Source: Candidatus Oxydemutatoraceae bacterium (GTDB lineage Bacteria; Pseudomonadota; Gammaproteobacteria; Poriferisulfidales; Oxydemutatoraceae). Taken from it: a stretch of DNA of 64,000 nucleotides. The notes below the pieces were generated by a model. The model ran no database searches and was not told where the DNA came from. It saw only the letters and a program-made list of their open reading frames with translations. A program made the translations under genes and the position numbers. Where the stretch lies: contig CBDCOZ010000003.1 of NCBI GenBank assembly GCA_965220085.1, positions 128,001 to 192,000 of the forward strand, in the 5' to 3' direction. This document shows, piece after piece, positions 33,001-44,094 of the stretch. Each line of letters opens with the position of its first letter. The first letter of the stretch is position 1.

Positions 33001-33930
33001 ATGCATTGCTTGCAAAGACAAAATGGTTTTACGCTGATAGAGTTGCTGTCCGCTTTGGCGCTCGGCTCTCTTTTTATTCTCGGCACTCTGTCGTTGTATC
33101 AGAGTGTTAAGAAAACGCATCTCACCGCAGAGCGGCAGACGGAGTTGGCGCAGAATTTTATTTCTATTCGCACACTGATAAAGAACGCGACCGGCGACGG
33201 CGATTTTTGTCAGTCTGCGGACAGGCGGTTCAACTACACCGTTCACGATGAGATATGGGCGGATATCACGGGCGGCGCTTTTGAAGTGCATCCGGTCGGC
33301 GCGAGCGATCCGGCTTTGAAAGCGGTCGGCAACAGCCGCGGCAGGCGCGCCGCCGATAGCGATGTGTTGTTGATTCGCACTGTGCTCCCGCCGCTTGGCA
33401 TGATCAAGCAACACAGCACCGCTACCGGTCACTTTGTTATCAGCCATGGTATCGGGCTCAGGGAGGGCGGCTTGGCGGCGGTGTGTGACGGTCGCGATGT
33501 GGCGTTGCTCAAGATTACCGCTGTCAACGGCACCGGGGTGGATTATCAAATGGCGACGACCGCGACCGTGAGCGCCGGCGCGCCGGCTTTCGGAGAGGGC
33601 GCGGTAATCGCCGCCTATGCTCCGTTGGTCTTCTATGTCGGGCGGTCGGGGACGGGAAGCGGTTTGTCGCTCTACCGGCAGCGCAGTATCGTGCGCACGA
33701 CAGAGGGCAACAAAGCGCCCGCTTTGCACAGCGAAGAAGTCGTCGACAATGTGGCGCGCATGCGCGCGCGGCTGGCGGTGCGGCAAGGCGATGCGTTTGC
33801 GTTTCAGCACCGCGCCGGCACCGCGACGATCGTCGGCGTCGCGGTCGATATGACTTTGGCGGGGCGGGCGAGCGCCGCGGGTGATGATGAACGGGAACGC
33901 TCCTTTTTCTTCAGCGCGCAAAACTTGTGA
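33001..33930 (+). CDS. pilW: PilW-like minor pilin
   Basis: QNG|FTLIELL, SDVLLIR, FYVG...SLYR, EEVVDNV. Confidence 0.8.
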   Translation: MHCLQRQNGFTLIELLSALALGSLFILGTLSLYQSVKKTHLTAERQTELAQNFISIRTLIKNATGDGDFCQSADRRFNYTVHDEIWADITGGAFEVHPVGASDPALKAVGNSRGRRAADSDVLLIRTVLPPLGMIKQHSTATGHFVISHGIGLREGGLAAVCDGRDVALLKITAVNGTGVDYQMATTATVSAGAPAFGEGAVIAAYAPLVFYVGRSGTGSGLSLYRQRSIVRTTEGNKAPALHSEEVVDNVARMRARLAVRQGDAFAFQHRAGTATIVGVAVDMTLAGRASAAGDDERERSFFFSAQNL

Positions 33931-34417
33931 GCGCGGCATCGTGTTGCCTTTTGTGCTGCTGATGTTGACGCTTGCCAGTTTGATGGCGATTGCCGGAATT
34001 CAGCGCGCGACGCTGCACACGGCGCTGATCCGCTCGCTCAATCTGCATGCGCAGATGGAAGATGTGCTGGGCGCGACCTTGCAGCAGGGGCGGGCCGAAG
34101 TGTTGGCGCTTGCCGAGCAAGCCGATTTTGCCGCCGCCGCGCTGGCGCAATACGCGCGGGCGCAGCGCGACAGTTGGCAAGACTTTGATTGGAGCAATGC
34201 CACCGATGCGGCGAGCACATCGCTTGTCGCGGGCGCATTCTTTGTTGAGCGCTTGCACACGACGGAGGCGCATTGTTGTCATTTCTTGATCAATGCGCGG
34301 GCGGTCAAGAGCGGCGAGGCGACGGCTTTGTTCGGGCAATCGGCGCTGTCGTTTCATGTCGCCAGCACCGCGACCTACGAACTGTTCTCCCATGTTGACC
34401 GGATCATCGTCGAATAG
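33881..34417 (+). CDS. pilX: PilX-like minor pilin
   Basis: ERG|IVLPFVLLML lacking Glu+5; FFVERL, FLINARA. Confidence 0.75.
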   Translation: MMMNGNAPFSSARKTCERGIVLPFVLLMLTLASLMAIAGIQRATLHTALIRSLNLHAQMEDVLGATLQQGRAEVLALAEQADFAAAALAQYARAQRDSWQDFDWSNATDAASTSLVAGAFFVERLHTTEAHCCHFLINARAVKSGEATALFGQSALSFHVASTATYELFSHVDRIIVE

Positions 34418-34793
34418 GCGCGGGCGCGGCTTCACGTTGCTTGAGTTGCTGGTCGTCGTCGCGATACTGGCTTTGTTGGTCGGCGGCGCGGTGCCGAGCT
34501 ATATGGCGCACCGGCAGGAGATGCAACGCGCCGAAGTGCGCAACCGTTTGCTTGATTTGATGCGGCTTGAGCAAAACTATTATCTGCTGCGGCTGACGTA
34601 TACGACCGATTTAAGCGGAGAGATCGATGCGGCGCATTTGCTGTCGGGCACGGATTATGCGATTACCGCGGCGGCTTGCGATGATGATATCGCGCAATGC
34701 GTGCGCTTGTCGGCTGTGCCCTCCGATGCCGATGCGCGCACCTTGACGCTTGATTCAAACGGCGCGTATGCGCCTGCCGAATTGTGGCGATGA
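34392..34793 (+). CDS. pilE: PilE-like minor pilin
   Basis: RG|FTLLELLVVVAIL, VPSY, EQNYY, TLTLDSNG. Confidence 0.82.
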   Translation: MLTGSSSNRRGRGFTLLELLVVVAILALLVGGAVPSYMAHRQEMQRAEVRNRLLDLMRLEQNYYLLRLTYTTDLSGEIDAAHLLSGTDYAITAAACDDDIAQCVRLSAVPSDADARTLTLDSNGAYAPAELWR

Positions 34794-35488
34794 CCGCGCC
34801 GCGGCGCATTTGCTGTCGGGCACGGATTATGCGATTACCGCGGCGGCTTGCGACGATGATATCGCGCAATGCGCGCGCTTGTCGGCTGTGCCCTCCGATG
34901 CCGATGCGCGCACCTTGACGCTTGATTCAAACGGCGCGTATGCGCCTGCCGAATTGTGGCGATGACCGCGCCGCGGCGCATTTGCTGTCGGGCACGGATT
35001 ATGCGATTACCGCGGCGGCTTGCGACGATGATATCGCGCAATGCGCGCGCTTGTCGGCTGTGCCCTCCGATGCCGATGCGCGCACCTTGACGCTTGATTC
35101 AAACGGCGCGTATGCGCCTGCCGAATTGTGGCGATGACCGCGCCGCGGCGCATTTGCTGTCGGGCACGGATTATGCGATTACCGCGGCGGCTTGCGACGA
35201 TGATATCGCGCAATGCGCGCGCTTGTCGGCTGTGCCCTCCGATGCCGATGCGCGCACCTTGACGCTTGATTCAAACGGCGCGTATGCGCCGCCCGAATTG
35301 TGGCGATGACCGCGCCGCGGCGCATTTGCTGTCGGGCACAGACTATGCGATTACCGCGGCGGCTTGCGACGATGATATCGCGCAATGCGCGCGCTTGTCG
35401 GCTGTGCCCTCCGATGCCGATGCGCGCACCTTGACGCTTGATTCAAACGGCGCGTATGCGCCGCCCGAATTGTGGCGATGACCGCGCC
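34629..35488 (+). repeat. 172-bp tandem array of the pilE 3' end, 5 copies
   Basis: Stops at 34793, 34965, 35137, 35309, 35481; few substitutions between copies. Confidence 0.95.
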
Positions 35489-35502
35489 GTGACGCAACCG
35501 AC

Positions 35503-37809
35503 TCAGGCGGATTTTTTCTTGTGCGGGGCGCGTTTCTTTTTCGCCGGAGCTTCTTCGATCATCTTGACGCATTGCTCCGGCGTCAGCGAGGCGGGGTCGG
35601 TGTCTTTCGGCACCTTGACGTTTTTCTTGCCGTCGGTCACATACGGGCCGTAGTGGCCGTTCAGGACTTTGATTTTTTGCTCGGGAAATTCGCGAATCAG
35701 TTTTTTCGCATCGGCTTCTTTCTTTTCCTCGATGAGATCGAGCGCGCGCGCGCGTTCTATCGTGTACGGGTCGTCTTCTTTTGGCAGCGATACGTATTTG
35801 TCGCCGTATTTGACATAAGGCCCGAAGCGCCCGATGGCGACGCTGATCGGTTCGTCGTCGTCCGTCGTTCCCAACTCGCGCGGCAACTTCAACAGGCCCA
35901 AGGCTTCTTCCAGCGTGATCGTTTCAATGGCTTGGTCTTTCTTCAGGCTCGCAAACTGCGGTTTCTGCTCGTCTTCGGCCTGCCCCATCTGCACATACGG
36001 GCCGTAGCGTCCCAGCCGCGCGCTGATCGGTCGCCCGCTTTCGGGGTGAGCGCCGAGTTCGCGCGCCTGCGCCACATCTTGCCTGGAAACGGTCTCGGTT
36101 TTGTCTTCCACCAACTTTTTGAACGGGCGCCAAAAGTCCGATAACACGGGAACCCACTCTTTTTCGCCGCGGGATATCTCATCCAGTTTGTCTTCCAGCC
36201 GCGCGGTGAAGTCGTAGTTTACGTATTGCGCGAAGTGCTCGGTCAGGAATTTGGTGACGATGCGCCCGGTCGTTGTCGGGTGAAACGCTTTGCTTTCAAT
36301 CACCGCGTATTCCCTGCTCTGCAAGGTTGAGATGATGCTGGCGTAGGTGGACGGCCTGCCGATGCCGTGCTCTTCCAGCGTTTTGATCAGGGTCGCTTCG
36401 TTGTAACGCGGCGGCGGTTCGGTAAAGCGCTGTGTCGGCACGACTTCTTTCAGTGTCACTTCGTCGCCTTGTGCCAACGCGGGGAGCGGCGGGTTTTTGT
36501 CGGAAGATTTGCCGCGGTCGGGGTAGACTTCCAGATAGCCCGCTATCTTGACGGTCGAGCCGGTGGCTCTGAAGATGTGGCCGTCTCCGCACGACAACTC
36601 CGCCGCCACTTGGTCAATCGTTGCGTGTATCATCTGGCTTGCGACCGACCGCGCCCACACCGAACTGTAGAGTTTGAATTGTTCCTCGCTCAGATGCGAT
36701 TTCACTTGGGCGGGCGCGCGCGCCGCCGAAGTCGGGCGGATGGCTTCGTGCGCTTCCTGCGCATTCTTTGATTTGGTCTTAAAGCGCCGCGGCGCGTCCG
36801 GCAGTTTGTCCGCGCCCAGATCGCTCTTGATGTAGGCGCGCAGATCGCGCAGCGCATTTTCGGACAGGGTCACCGAGTCGGTGCGCATGTAGGTAATCAG
36901 CCCGACCGCTCCGCTGCCAAGGTCCACCCCTTCGTACAGTTGTTGCGCGACGCGCATGGTGCGCGATGACGTAAAGCCGTAGCGCCGCGCGCATTCTTGT
37001 TGCAGGGTGGATGTGATCAGCGGCGGCGGCGGGTTGCGCTTGCGTTGCTTCTTTTCGTGGGTATCGACCTTCAGTTTGCCGTTTGCGTTTTCGGTCACCG
37101 CGGCGCATATGTCGGTCGATTGCTTCTCGTTGTTCAGATTAAACTGCTTGAGTTTTTGCTCGCCGATAGCGACCAGATTTGCGACAAAAGGCTGCGTGTC
37201 TTTTTCCAGTCGCGCCTCAATAGTCCAATACTCGCGCGGCTCGAAGGCTTCGATCTCTTCTTCCCGTTCGACCAGCAAGCGCAGCGCCGGGCTCTGCACG
37301 CGCCCGGCCGACAAGCCCGAGCTGACTTTGCGCCACAGCAACGGCGAGAGGTTGAAACCGACGAGGTAGTCAAGCGCGCGGCGCGCCTGTTGCGCGTTGA
37401 TCAGGGTGTCGGACAACTCTCTGGGGTTGTTGACCGCTTCCTGAACCGCCTCCTTGGTGATTTCATAGAAGACGACGCGATAGACCTTCTTGTCTTTTAG
37501 CGCTTTCTTGGCTTTCAATAATTCAAACAGGTGCCACGAGATGGCTTCGCCTTCGCGGTCGGGGTCGGTTGCGAGATACAGGCAGTCCGACTTCCTCATC
37601 ATTTGCACGATCTTGTCGACGTGCTTTTTGTTTCTCGCGACCGCTTCGTATTTCATCTCAAAATCGTTGTCGGTATCCACCGCGCCGCCTTTCGGAATCA
37701 GATCGCGGACATGGCCGTAGGATGCGAGCACCTCAAAGTCCGGGCCGAGGTATTTTTTTATCGTGCGTGACTTTGCCGGGGATTCGACAATTAGGATGTT
37801 GCTGCTCAT
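35503..37809 (-). CDS. topA: DNA topoisomerase I
   Basis: IVESPAK, ATDPDREGE, SAGRVQS, ITYMRTDS, GIGRPSTY; Topo_C repeats (GRYGPYV). Confidence 0.97.
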   Translation of the reverse strand: MSSNILIVESPAKSRTIKKYLGPDFEVLASYGHVRDLIPKGGAVDTDNDFEMKYEAVARNKKHVDKIVQMMRKSDCLYLATDPDREGEAISWHLFELLKAKKALKDKKVYRVVFYEITKEAVQEAVNNPRELSDTLINAQQARRALDYLVGFNLSPLLWRKVSSGLSAGRVQSPALRLLVEREEEIEAFEPREYWTIEARLEKDTQPFVANLVAIGEQKLKQFNLNNEKQSTDICAAVTENANGKLKVDTHEKKQRKRNPPPPLITSTLQQECARRYGFTSSRTMRVAQQLYEGVDLGSGAVGLITYMRTDSVTLSENALRDLRAYIKSDLGADKLPDAPRRFKTKSKNAQEAHEAIRPTSAARAPAQVKSHLSEEQFKLYSSVWARSVASQMIHATIDQVAAELSCGDGHIFRATGSTVKIAGYLEVYPDRGKSSDKNPPLPALAQGDEVTLKEVVPTQRFTEPPPRYNEATLIKTLEEHGIGRPSTYASIISTLQSREYAVIESKAFHPTTTGRIVTKFLTEHFAQYVNYDFTARLEDKLDEISRGEKEWVPVLSDFWRPFKKLVEDKTETVSRQDVAQARELGAHPESGRPISARLGRYGPYVQMGQAEDEQKPQFASLKKDQAIETITLEEALGLLKLPRELGTTDDDEPISVAIGRFGPYVKYGDKYVSLPKEDDPYTIERARALDLIEEKKEADAKKLIREFPEQKIKVLNGHYGPYVTDGKKNVKVPKDTDPASLTPEQCVKMIEEAPAKKKRAPHKKKSA

Positions 37810-38005
37810 TTGTTTGTTTTTGTTTGTTTGAAAAGTTTGTTAATGAAAAAGTTTGTAATGAAGTTGAGGTTGTTACCCTTATAAATCTATCACATGCCGG
37901 CGGATTCTTTGTTACCAGCGCCGCCGAACGGTGGCGGATTATATTACATAATCGGCAACATTCGCGAATAGAGTATCGCATCCGCCCGTTCGAATCCCAT
38001 CCGAA

Positions 38006-39425
<1,420 letters not shown>

Positions 39426-39665
39426 TTAACTCGGCAAATAGCGGATAGCATCGGCATATGCGGGATACGCTTGCTCTCCGCCCGGCCGACAACGGAAGCT
39501 GTTGCAAATGGCGATGTTTCATCGCTGTTTTCAGCGGTGAGAGTTTTGTCACGACCGCACATATGCAAGGGCATTTTTTCTTGTAAGCAGGCATTCTGTC
39601 GGATATAATCTGCCAGATTGTATAATCATCTTCTGACTAGAATACTCATTACTACGAGAATACAT

Positions 39666-39941
39666 ATGTCTATATTCACAGTTATAAGTTTGGCTGATGG
39701 CGATCCGGTCTCTTTGCGTCAAAAAATTGAAGAAAAATATCCCGATAATTATATCCCAGCGGCAAGGAGGACATCGCCTTTATACGTTCTAATGAAACGA
39801 CATCCGAAATTGCGGGGAAATCTGGGAATGAACGTAAAAAGCAAGATACTTGGCGTGGTAATTAAGCATGAAACATGGTATGGATTTTCCGATCTCGAAT
39901 TGTGGGATTGGGGCAATAAGGTAACAACAGGTGCGCAATAG
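39666..39941 (+). CDS. Small low-GC hypothetical protein
   Basis: ORF in an AT-rich patch; no recognised motif. Confidence 0.4.
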   Translation: MSIFTVISLADGDPVSLRQKIEEKYPDNYIPAARRTSPLYVLMKRHPKLRGNLGMNVKSKILGVVIKHETWYGFSDLELWDWGNKVTTGAQ

Positions 39942-40167
39942 CCGCCTAAAATCTGTTCGGTCATCTCCCGCCGGAGAACCGGGAACGGGCGGCGGAGGCG
40001 GCGGACATGGAAATGGGTTTGCGCAACTTTCCCAGCGGCTGACTGTTATAGAAACAGAAACGAAGTATGTGGCAACCAAAGATGATTTATCCGCCGCTTT
40101 ATCCAAAGCAATCAAAGGAGCAGAAAACAAAAAACATTCGATGGGGATTTGTGATAGGATACGCATC

Positions 40168-41594
40168 ATGACTCTTGACCTTTTCATTTGCGCGCGCGAT
40201 TCAAATCTTCTTCAGAAGGTTAATCAAATCTTCTGCGGAAGGTTAAAAACCCTCGCCGCGTTTTTTAACGCCGCACAGCGCCGCGCAGCCGCATTAGCGC
40301 CCGTTTCCCCCCCCCCCCCCCCCCCCCCCCTCCCCGTGCGCTTAGAGTCTGTGCGGCGGTAATACTCGCCGGCGCATTTGCAAACAGCGCGTACGCGCAA
40401 ACCGAATGTGCGGCGGACAAGCCGCTGATGAACGAAGGCGTGTGCGTTGCCAGTTGTCCGTCGGGACGGGAAGCTGTTGGCGGAACTTGCCACGCTGTCT
40501 GCGCAGCAGGGGAGACGCGAGTCACGCGTCCGGACATCCCAAGCTCCACCGGATGCTTTGCCGATGCCACGGCCAAAATGCTGAGCGATTGCGAAGCCGC
40601 GGGATGGGGGAGTCGGACGGCTATCTTGTCGGATTTCTTCCAACTCGGAACGGGCTGTCTGATTCCCTCAAGACAGGTGGGCCACACGTCCGCGAGGCAG
40701 TGCAAAACCACTTTGGGATTTGCTTCGTTTCCGTTCTGCACGGACATGTACGGCGACCCGCCGGTCTTTCCGAAAGCGGCGGACCATACCGATGTTAGAA
40801 TAGGTTCCGGAAAGCGTTTTGTTGCAAACTGCAACCGAGACGGGACTGTCCCCGGCGGTTATCCGCCGAACCACAACTTGAACGGCGAAACCGAATGCAT
40901 ATGCCATCGGGATTCGCACGTCGGCGACTGGCCGGACTGCGCGGCCTTTCCGGTCAGTCTGACGGCGGCGGATAGGGCGATGGCGCAGACATGTGTGGCG
41001 CAAGGGTGGACTATTTCCACCGCCACCGCCGCCTCTATCAAATGCGACATTCCGCTGACCTCCGGCGAGGATACTTTTGACGGGTGCTTTCTCGGCGGTC
41101 AGGATTCGCCGCTGTGCGCGGATGTTTTTGGCGCGGGGTTCGCCCTGCCGGAAAGGGAGGTTCCGCAGTTGGTTTTGAATCTTGCCAACGCCTTTGACGC
41201 AAAGTTTAGCGAACGGCTTGGCGATGCTGTCAGAGCCGCCGCGCCGGTTTACGCGGAGGCGGTATGGGCGCGACACAACGGCGATCCGAATTATGCGGCC
41301 GGCCCTATCAACACCCACAACAGCAACAGCGATGCCGACAAAAGCAACATTGCCGTTCAGGTTGCGGCTCCGGTTTTCACGGCGCATGGAATTCCTTTTA
41401 ACTGGGGGCTGGATGTCTCGCGGATTCCGGCTGCGATTCGGTTGGCGTACGGTCGTATTCCGGTGGCGGTGCCGTATGTTTTCAATTGCGGGGAGGGCAT
41501 GATTCCGGCGGGTGCGAATCTGAATGGCGCGACGGAATGCGTTTCAGGCTTGCGCTTGCGGCTGCGCCTCTTTCTTGAAGGCCCGTTGCGATAG
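40168..41594 (+). CDS. Tagged Cys-rich secreted protein with a different leader; frameshifted at C24
   Basis: C24 at 40307-40330 precedes RALRVCAAVILAGAFANSAYA. The body frame has stops upstream at 40221 and 40266; the open leader frame needs C22 or C25. Start codon uncertain. Confidence 0.75.
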
Positions 41595-41878
41595 CGCGAG
41601 TGCCGGAGAGATGAGGCGGCCGGTGCAAGCACGAGGCTTCCCCCCACCGCATCGCCGCCCCACAAGGGGAGCGTGTCGTCGGTGCGAGCAACGCCCGACG
41701 AGGGTGGCGGCGCTCCTGCTGCGCTTTTTGATTCGGCGGCGGGAGGAGTTTATGTTGGGGAATTATGTATTTAACTTGACAGAGGCAGATTATGTCAGGC
41801 AGGAAACTTGACAAAGATACCAGTACGCTATATACCTATATCTTAATTCGTTGTTAAACCACTTTGGGGATTAGGACT

Positions 41879-42799
41879 ATGAGTAAGAGAAAAGCAGAAA
41901 TATTAAGCCTATATCAGATTATGGAGCAATACCCGACCGATGAAGCGACCATACGATACCTTGAAAGTCTGGCATGGAGTGATAAGCCGGTATGTTCTAA
42001 ATGCGGATGTGATAACAAAATTACAGAGCAAAAGAAAGCTGGCGATTATTGGTGCGGTAGCTGTCGTTCATACTTCAATGTATTCACCAATACACCGCTA
42101 GAGCGGAATAAAGTAGATGCCAGAAAATGGGTTTATGCTTCCTATACCCTGCTCACTTCACGCAAAGGGATAAGCAGTCTGCAATTAAGCAAAGAGATTG
42201 GAGTGCAACAAAGAACAGCGTGGTATATGCTTCACCGCTTGCGGGTTATATGTGGCGGGGATATGCAGGCGCTGCATGGGCAAGTAGAGACAGATGAAAC
42301 TTATATCGGCGGCAAGGAGAAAAACCGCCATCCCAACAAGAAAAAGCGGGCGGGTCGCGGTGGTGCTGGCAAGACTGCTATACTGGGTATGCGAGAGCGT
42401 AAAGGCAGAGTAAAGGCCATGCCAGTAGAGAACACTACAAAGGAAACACTACAGACCGCCGTACATAAAAATGTCCGCAAGGGTTCTACCCTTTTTACTG
42501 ATGAAAACCCCTCATACAATGGTGTTGCCAATCGCCACTATGCGGTTAATCATTCTGCGAAGGAATATGTAAATGGTATGGCGCACACTAACGGCATAGA
42601 ATCCGTATGGGCTGTACTCAAGAGAGGTTTTAGCGGTGTGTATCACAACTGGAGTAAGAAGCATTGCAGGGCTTATGTCAATGAGTTTTCCTTCCGTCTT
42701 AACGATGGCAATTGTGAGATAGATACCCAAGACAGATTAAACAGTTTGTTTGCCGGTATGCACGGCAAGCAGATTACTTATAAGGAATTGACAGGATGA
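41879..42799 (+). CDS. IS1595-family transposase
   Basis: CxxC...CxxC zinc ribbon, KGISSLQL HTH, ETDETYIGG, TDE, VNHS, HTNGIES.W, YVNEFSFR.N. Confidence 0.95.
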   Translation: MSKRKAEILSLYQIMEQYPTDEATIRYLESLAWSDKPVCSKCGCDNKITEQKKAGDYWCGSCRSYFNVFTNTPLERNKVDARKWVYASYTLLTSRKGISSLQLSKEIGVQQRTAWYMLHRLRVICGGDMQALHGQVETDETYIGGKEKNRHPNKKKRAGRGGAGKTAILGMRERKGRVKAMPVENTTKETLQTAVHKNVRKGSTLFTDENPSYNGVANRHYAVNHSAKEYVNGMAHTNGIESVWAVLKRGFSGVYHNWSKKHCRAYVNEFSFRLNDGNCEIDTQDRLNSLFAGMHGKQITYKELTG

Positions 42800-42950
42800 A
42801 AACCACCCACAGCATAACTACAGTTTCGGTGAAGGTAGATAATTCAAAAAGGGTTCCTTTGAAATAGATTTATCGGTGGTGCTATCCTTCCTTTGAGTAT
42901 GAAATAGACAATGTAGAGCATGACACATCTAATCAGTCAGATATGCAAAT

Positions 42951-43109
42951 ATGAAACAGAAAGACTTAGACAGAGCGGCTACGGCACTACTTAAAGCAGG
43001 GAAACCGCCGAAGGATAAAGATTGCCCGATACCGACAAAAGCAGACTTAAACCGTAAGTTTGTCATGCGGGTAGACCGTCAAGGCAAACCCACAATTATT
43101 GAGAAATAA
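42951..43109 (+). CDS. 52-aa basic micro-ORF inside the IS
   Basis: MKQKDLDRAATALLKAGKPP...PTIIEK*, ending just before the right TIR. Confidence 0.35.
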   Translation: MKQKDLDRAATALLKAGKPPKDKDCPIPTKADLNRKFVMRVDRQGKPTIIEK

Positions 43110-43139
43110 TACCTCTGTCAAGTTAAATACATAATTCCC

Positions 43140-43680
43140 TTATGTTGCCGCCGCAGTCCGGTACAACTTGCAGGCTCCGGCTCCGGCTTTGCTCTCGCGC
43201 CGACATTGCCACTGTGCGCCGACGTCGTATTGCTCCCCCGCTTTTGACTCGATGTAAACCAAAGAGGCATCGCGTAAGAGACGGGGGTGGCGCTCCTGAT
43301 GCGCTTTTTGATTTGGCGGCGCGATGGGTTTATGTTGCCGCCGTTGTCCGGTACAGTTTGCAGGCCACGGCTCCGGCTTTGCTCTCGCGCCGGCATTGCC
43401 ACCGTGCGCCGACTTCGTATCGCTCTCCCGCTTTTGATTCTATGTAAACCAAAGAGGCGTCGTGTAAGAGTTTGGGGCGGCGCTCTGATGCGCTTTTTGA
43501 TTCGGCGGCGGGAGGAGTTTATGTTGCCGCCGCAGTCCGGTACAACTTGCAGGCTACGGCTCCGGCTTTGCTCTCGCGCCGACATTGCCACTGTGCGCCG
43601 ACGTCGTATTGCTCCCCCGCTTTTGACTCGATGTAAACCAAAGAGGCATCGCGTAAGAGTTTGGGGCGGCGCTCTATCTG
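43140..43680. repeat. About 190-bp repeats of the rsmD 3' end, 3 copies
   Basis: tatgttgccgccg... at 43141, 43331, 43520; the first unit continues left of the IS at about 41703-41757. Confidence 0.9.
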
Positions 43681-44079
43681 CGCCAGAATTTTTGCGAGTG
43701 CGCCGCCGGCGAACGGCGGGTCAAGGAACAAGATGTCAAACGGTTTGGCGTTTGCCACAAACTCAAAAGCGTCTTGGTGCGCGACTTCTATGTTGTCGGC
43801 GTTGAAGCGTTCGGCCTCGGCGCGCAACTTCTCGCACAGCGCGCGGTTATGGTCGACCAGAGTGATGTGTCCCGCGCCGCGCGAGGCGGCTTCAAACCCC
43901 AGCGCGCCGCTGCCGGCAAACAAGTCCAGACAATGCGCGCCGGCGATTGTCGGTTGCAGCCAGTTGAACAGGGTTTCGCGCGCGCGGTCGGGGGTCGGGC
44001 GCACATCGGGGGAAGGGACGAACTCAAGCGTTCTGCCGCGCCAGCGACCGGCTATCAGTCGCACTTTGTTGGTTCGCAT
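43519..44079 (-). CDS. rsmD: 16S rRNA m2G966 methyltransferase
   Basis: RLIAGRWRGR, RPTPDRARETLFNWL, LDLFAGSGALG, DPPF. Confidence 0.95.
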   Translation of the reverse strand: MRTNKVRLIAGRWRGRTLEFVPSPDVRPTPDRARETLFNWLQPTIAGAHCLDLFAGSGALGFEAASRGAGHITLVDHNRALCEKLRAEAERFNADNIEVAHQDAFEFVANAKPFDILFLDPPFAGGALAKILAQIERRPKLLRDASLVYIESKAGEQYDVGAQWQCRRESKAGAVACKLYRTAAAT

Positions 44080-44094
44080 CTTGCCGGGCGTCGG

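Larger units (their letters stand above)
41758..43139 (+). mobile_element. IS1595-family insertion sequence, 1382 bp
   Basis: Perfect 28-bp TIRs (gggaattatgtatttaacttgacagagg; 41758-41785 and 43112-43139); 8-bp TSD ttatgttg (41750-41757, 43140-43147). Confidence 0.95.

Noticed and set aside
34629-35488. CRISPR array
   Set aside because: Units are 172-bp near-identical copies of pilE with no unique spacers, and there are no cas genes.
37805-37870. tttg/aagtttgt micro-repeats upstream of topA
   Set aside because: Short low-complexity promoter-region DNA with no evidence of a switch.
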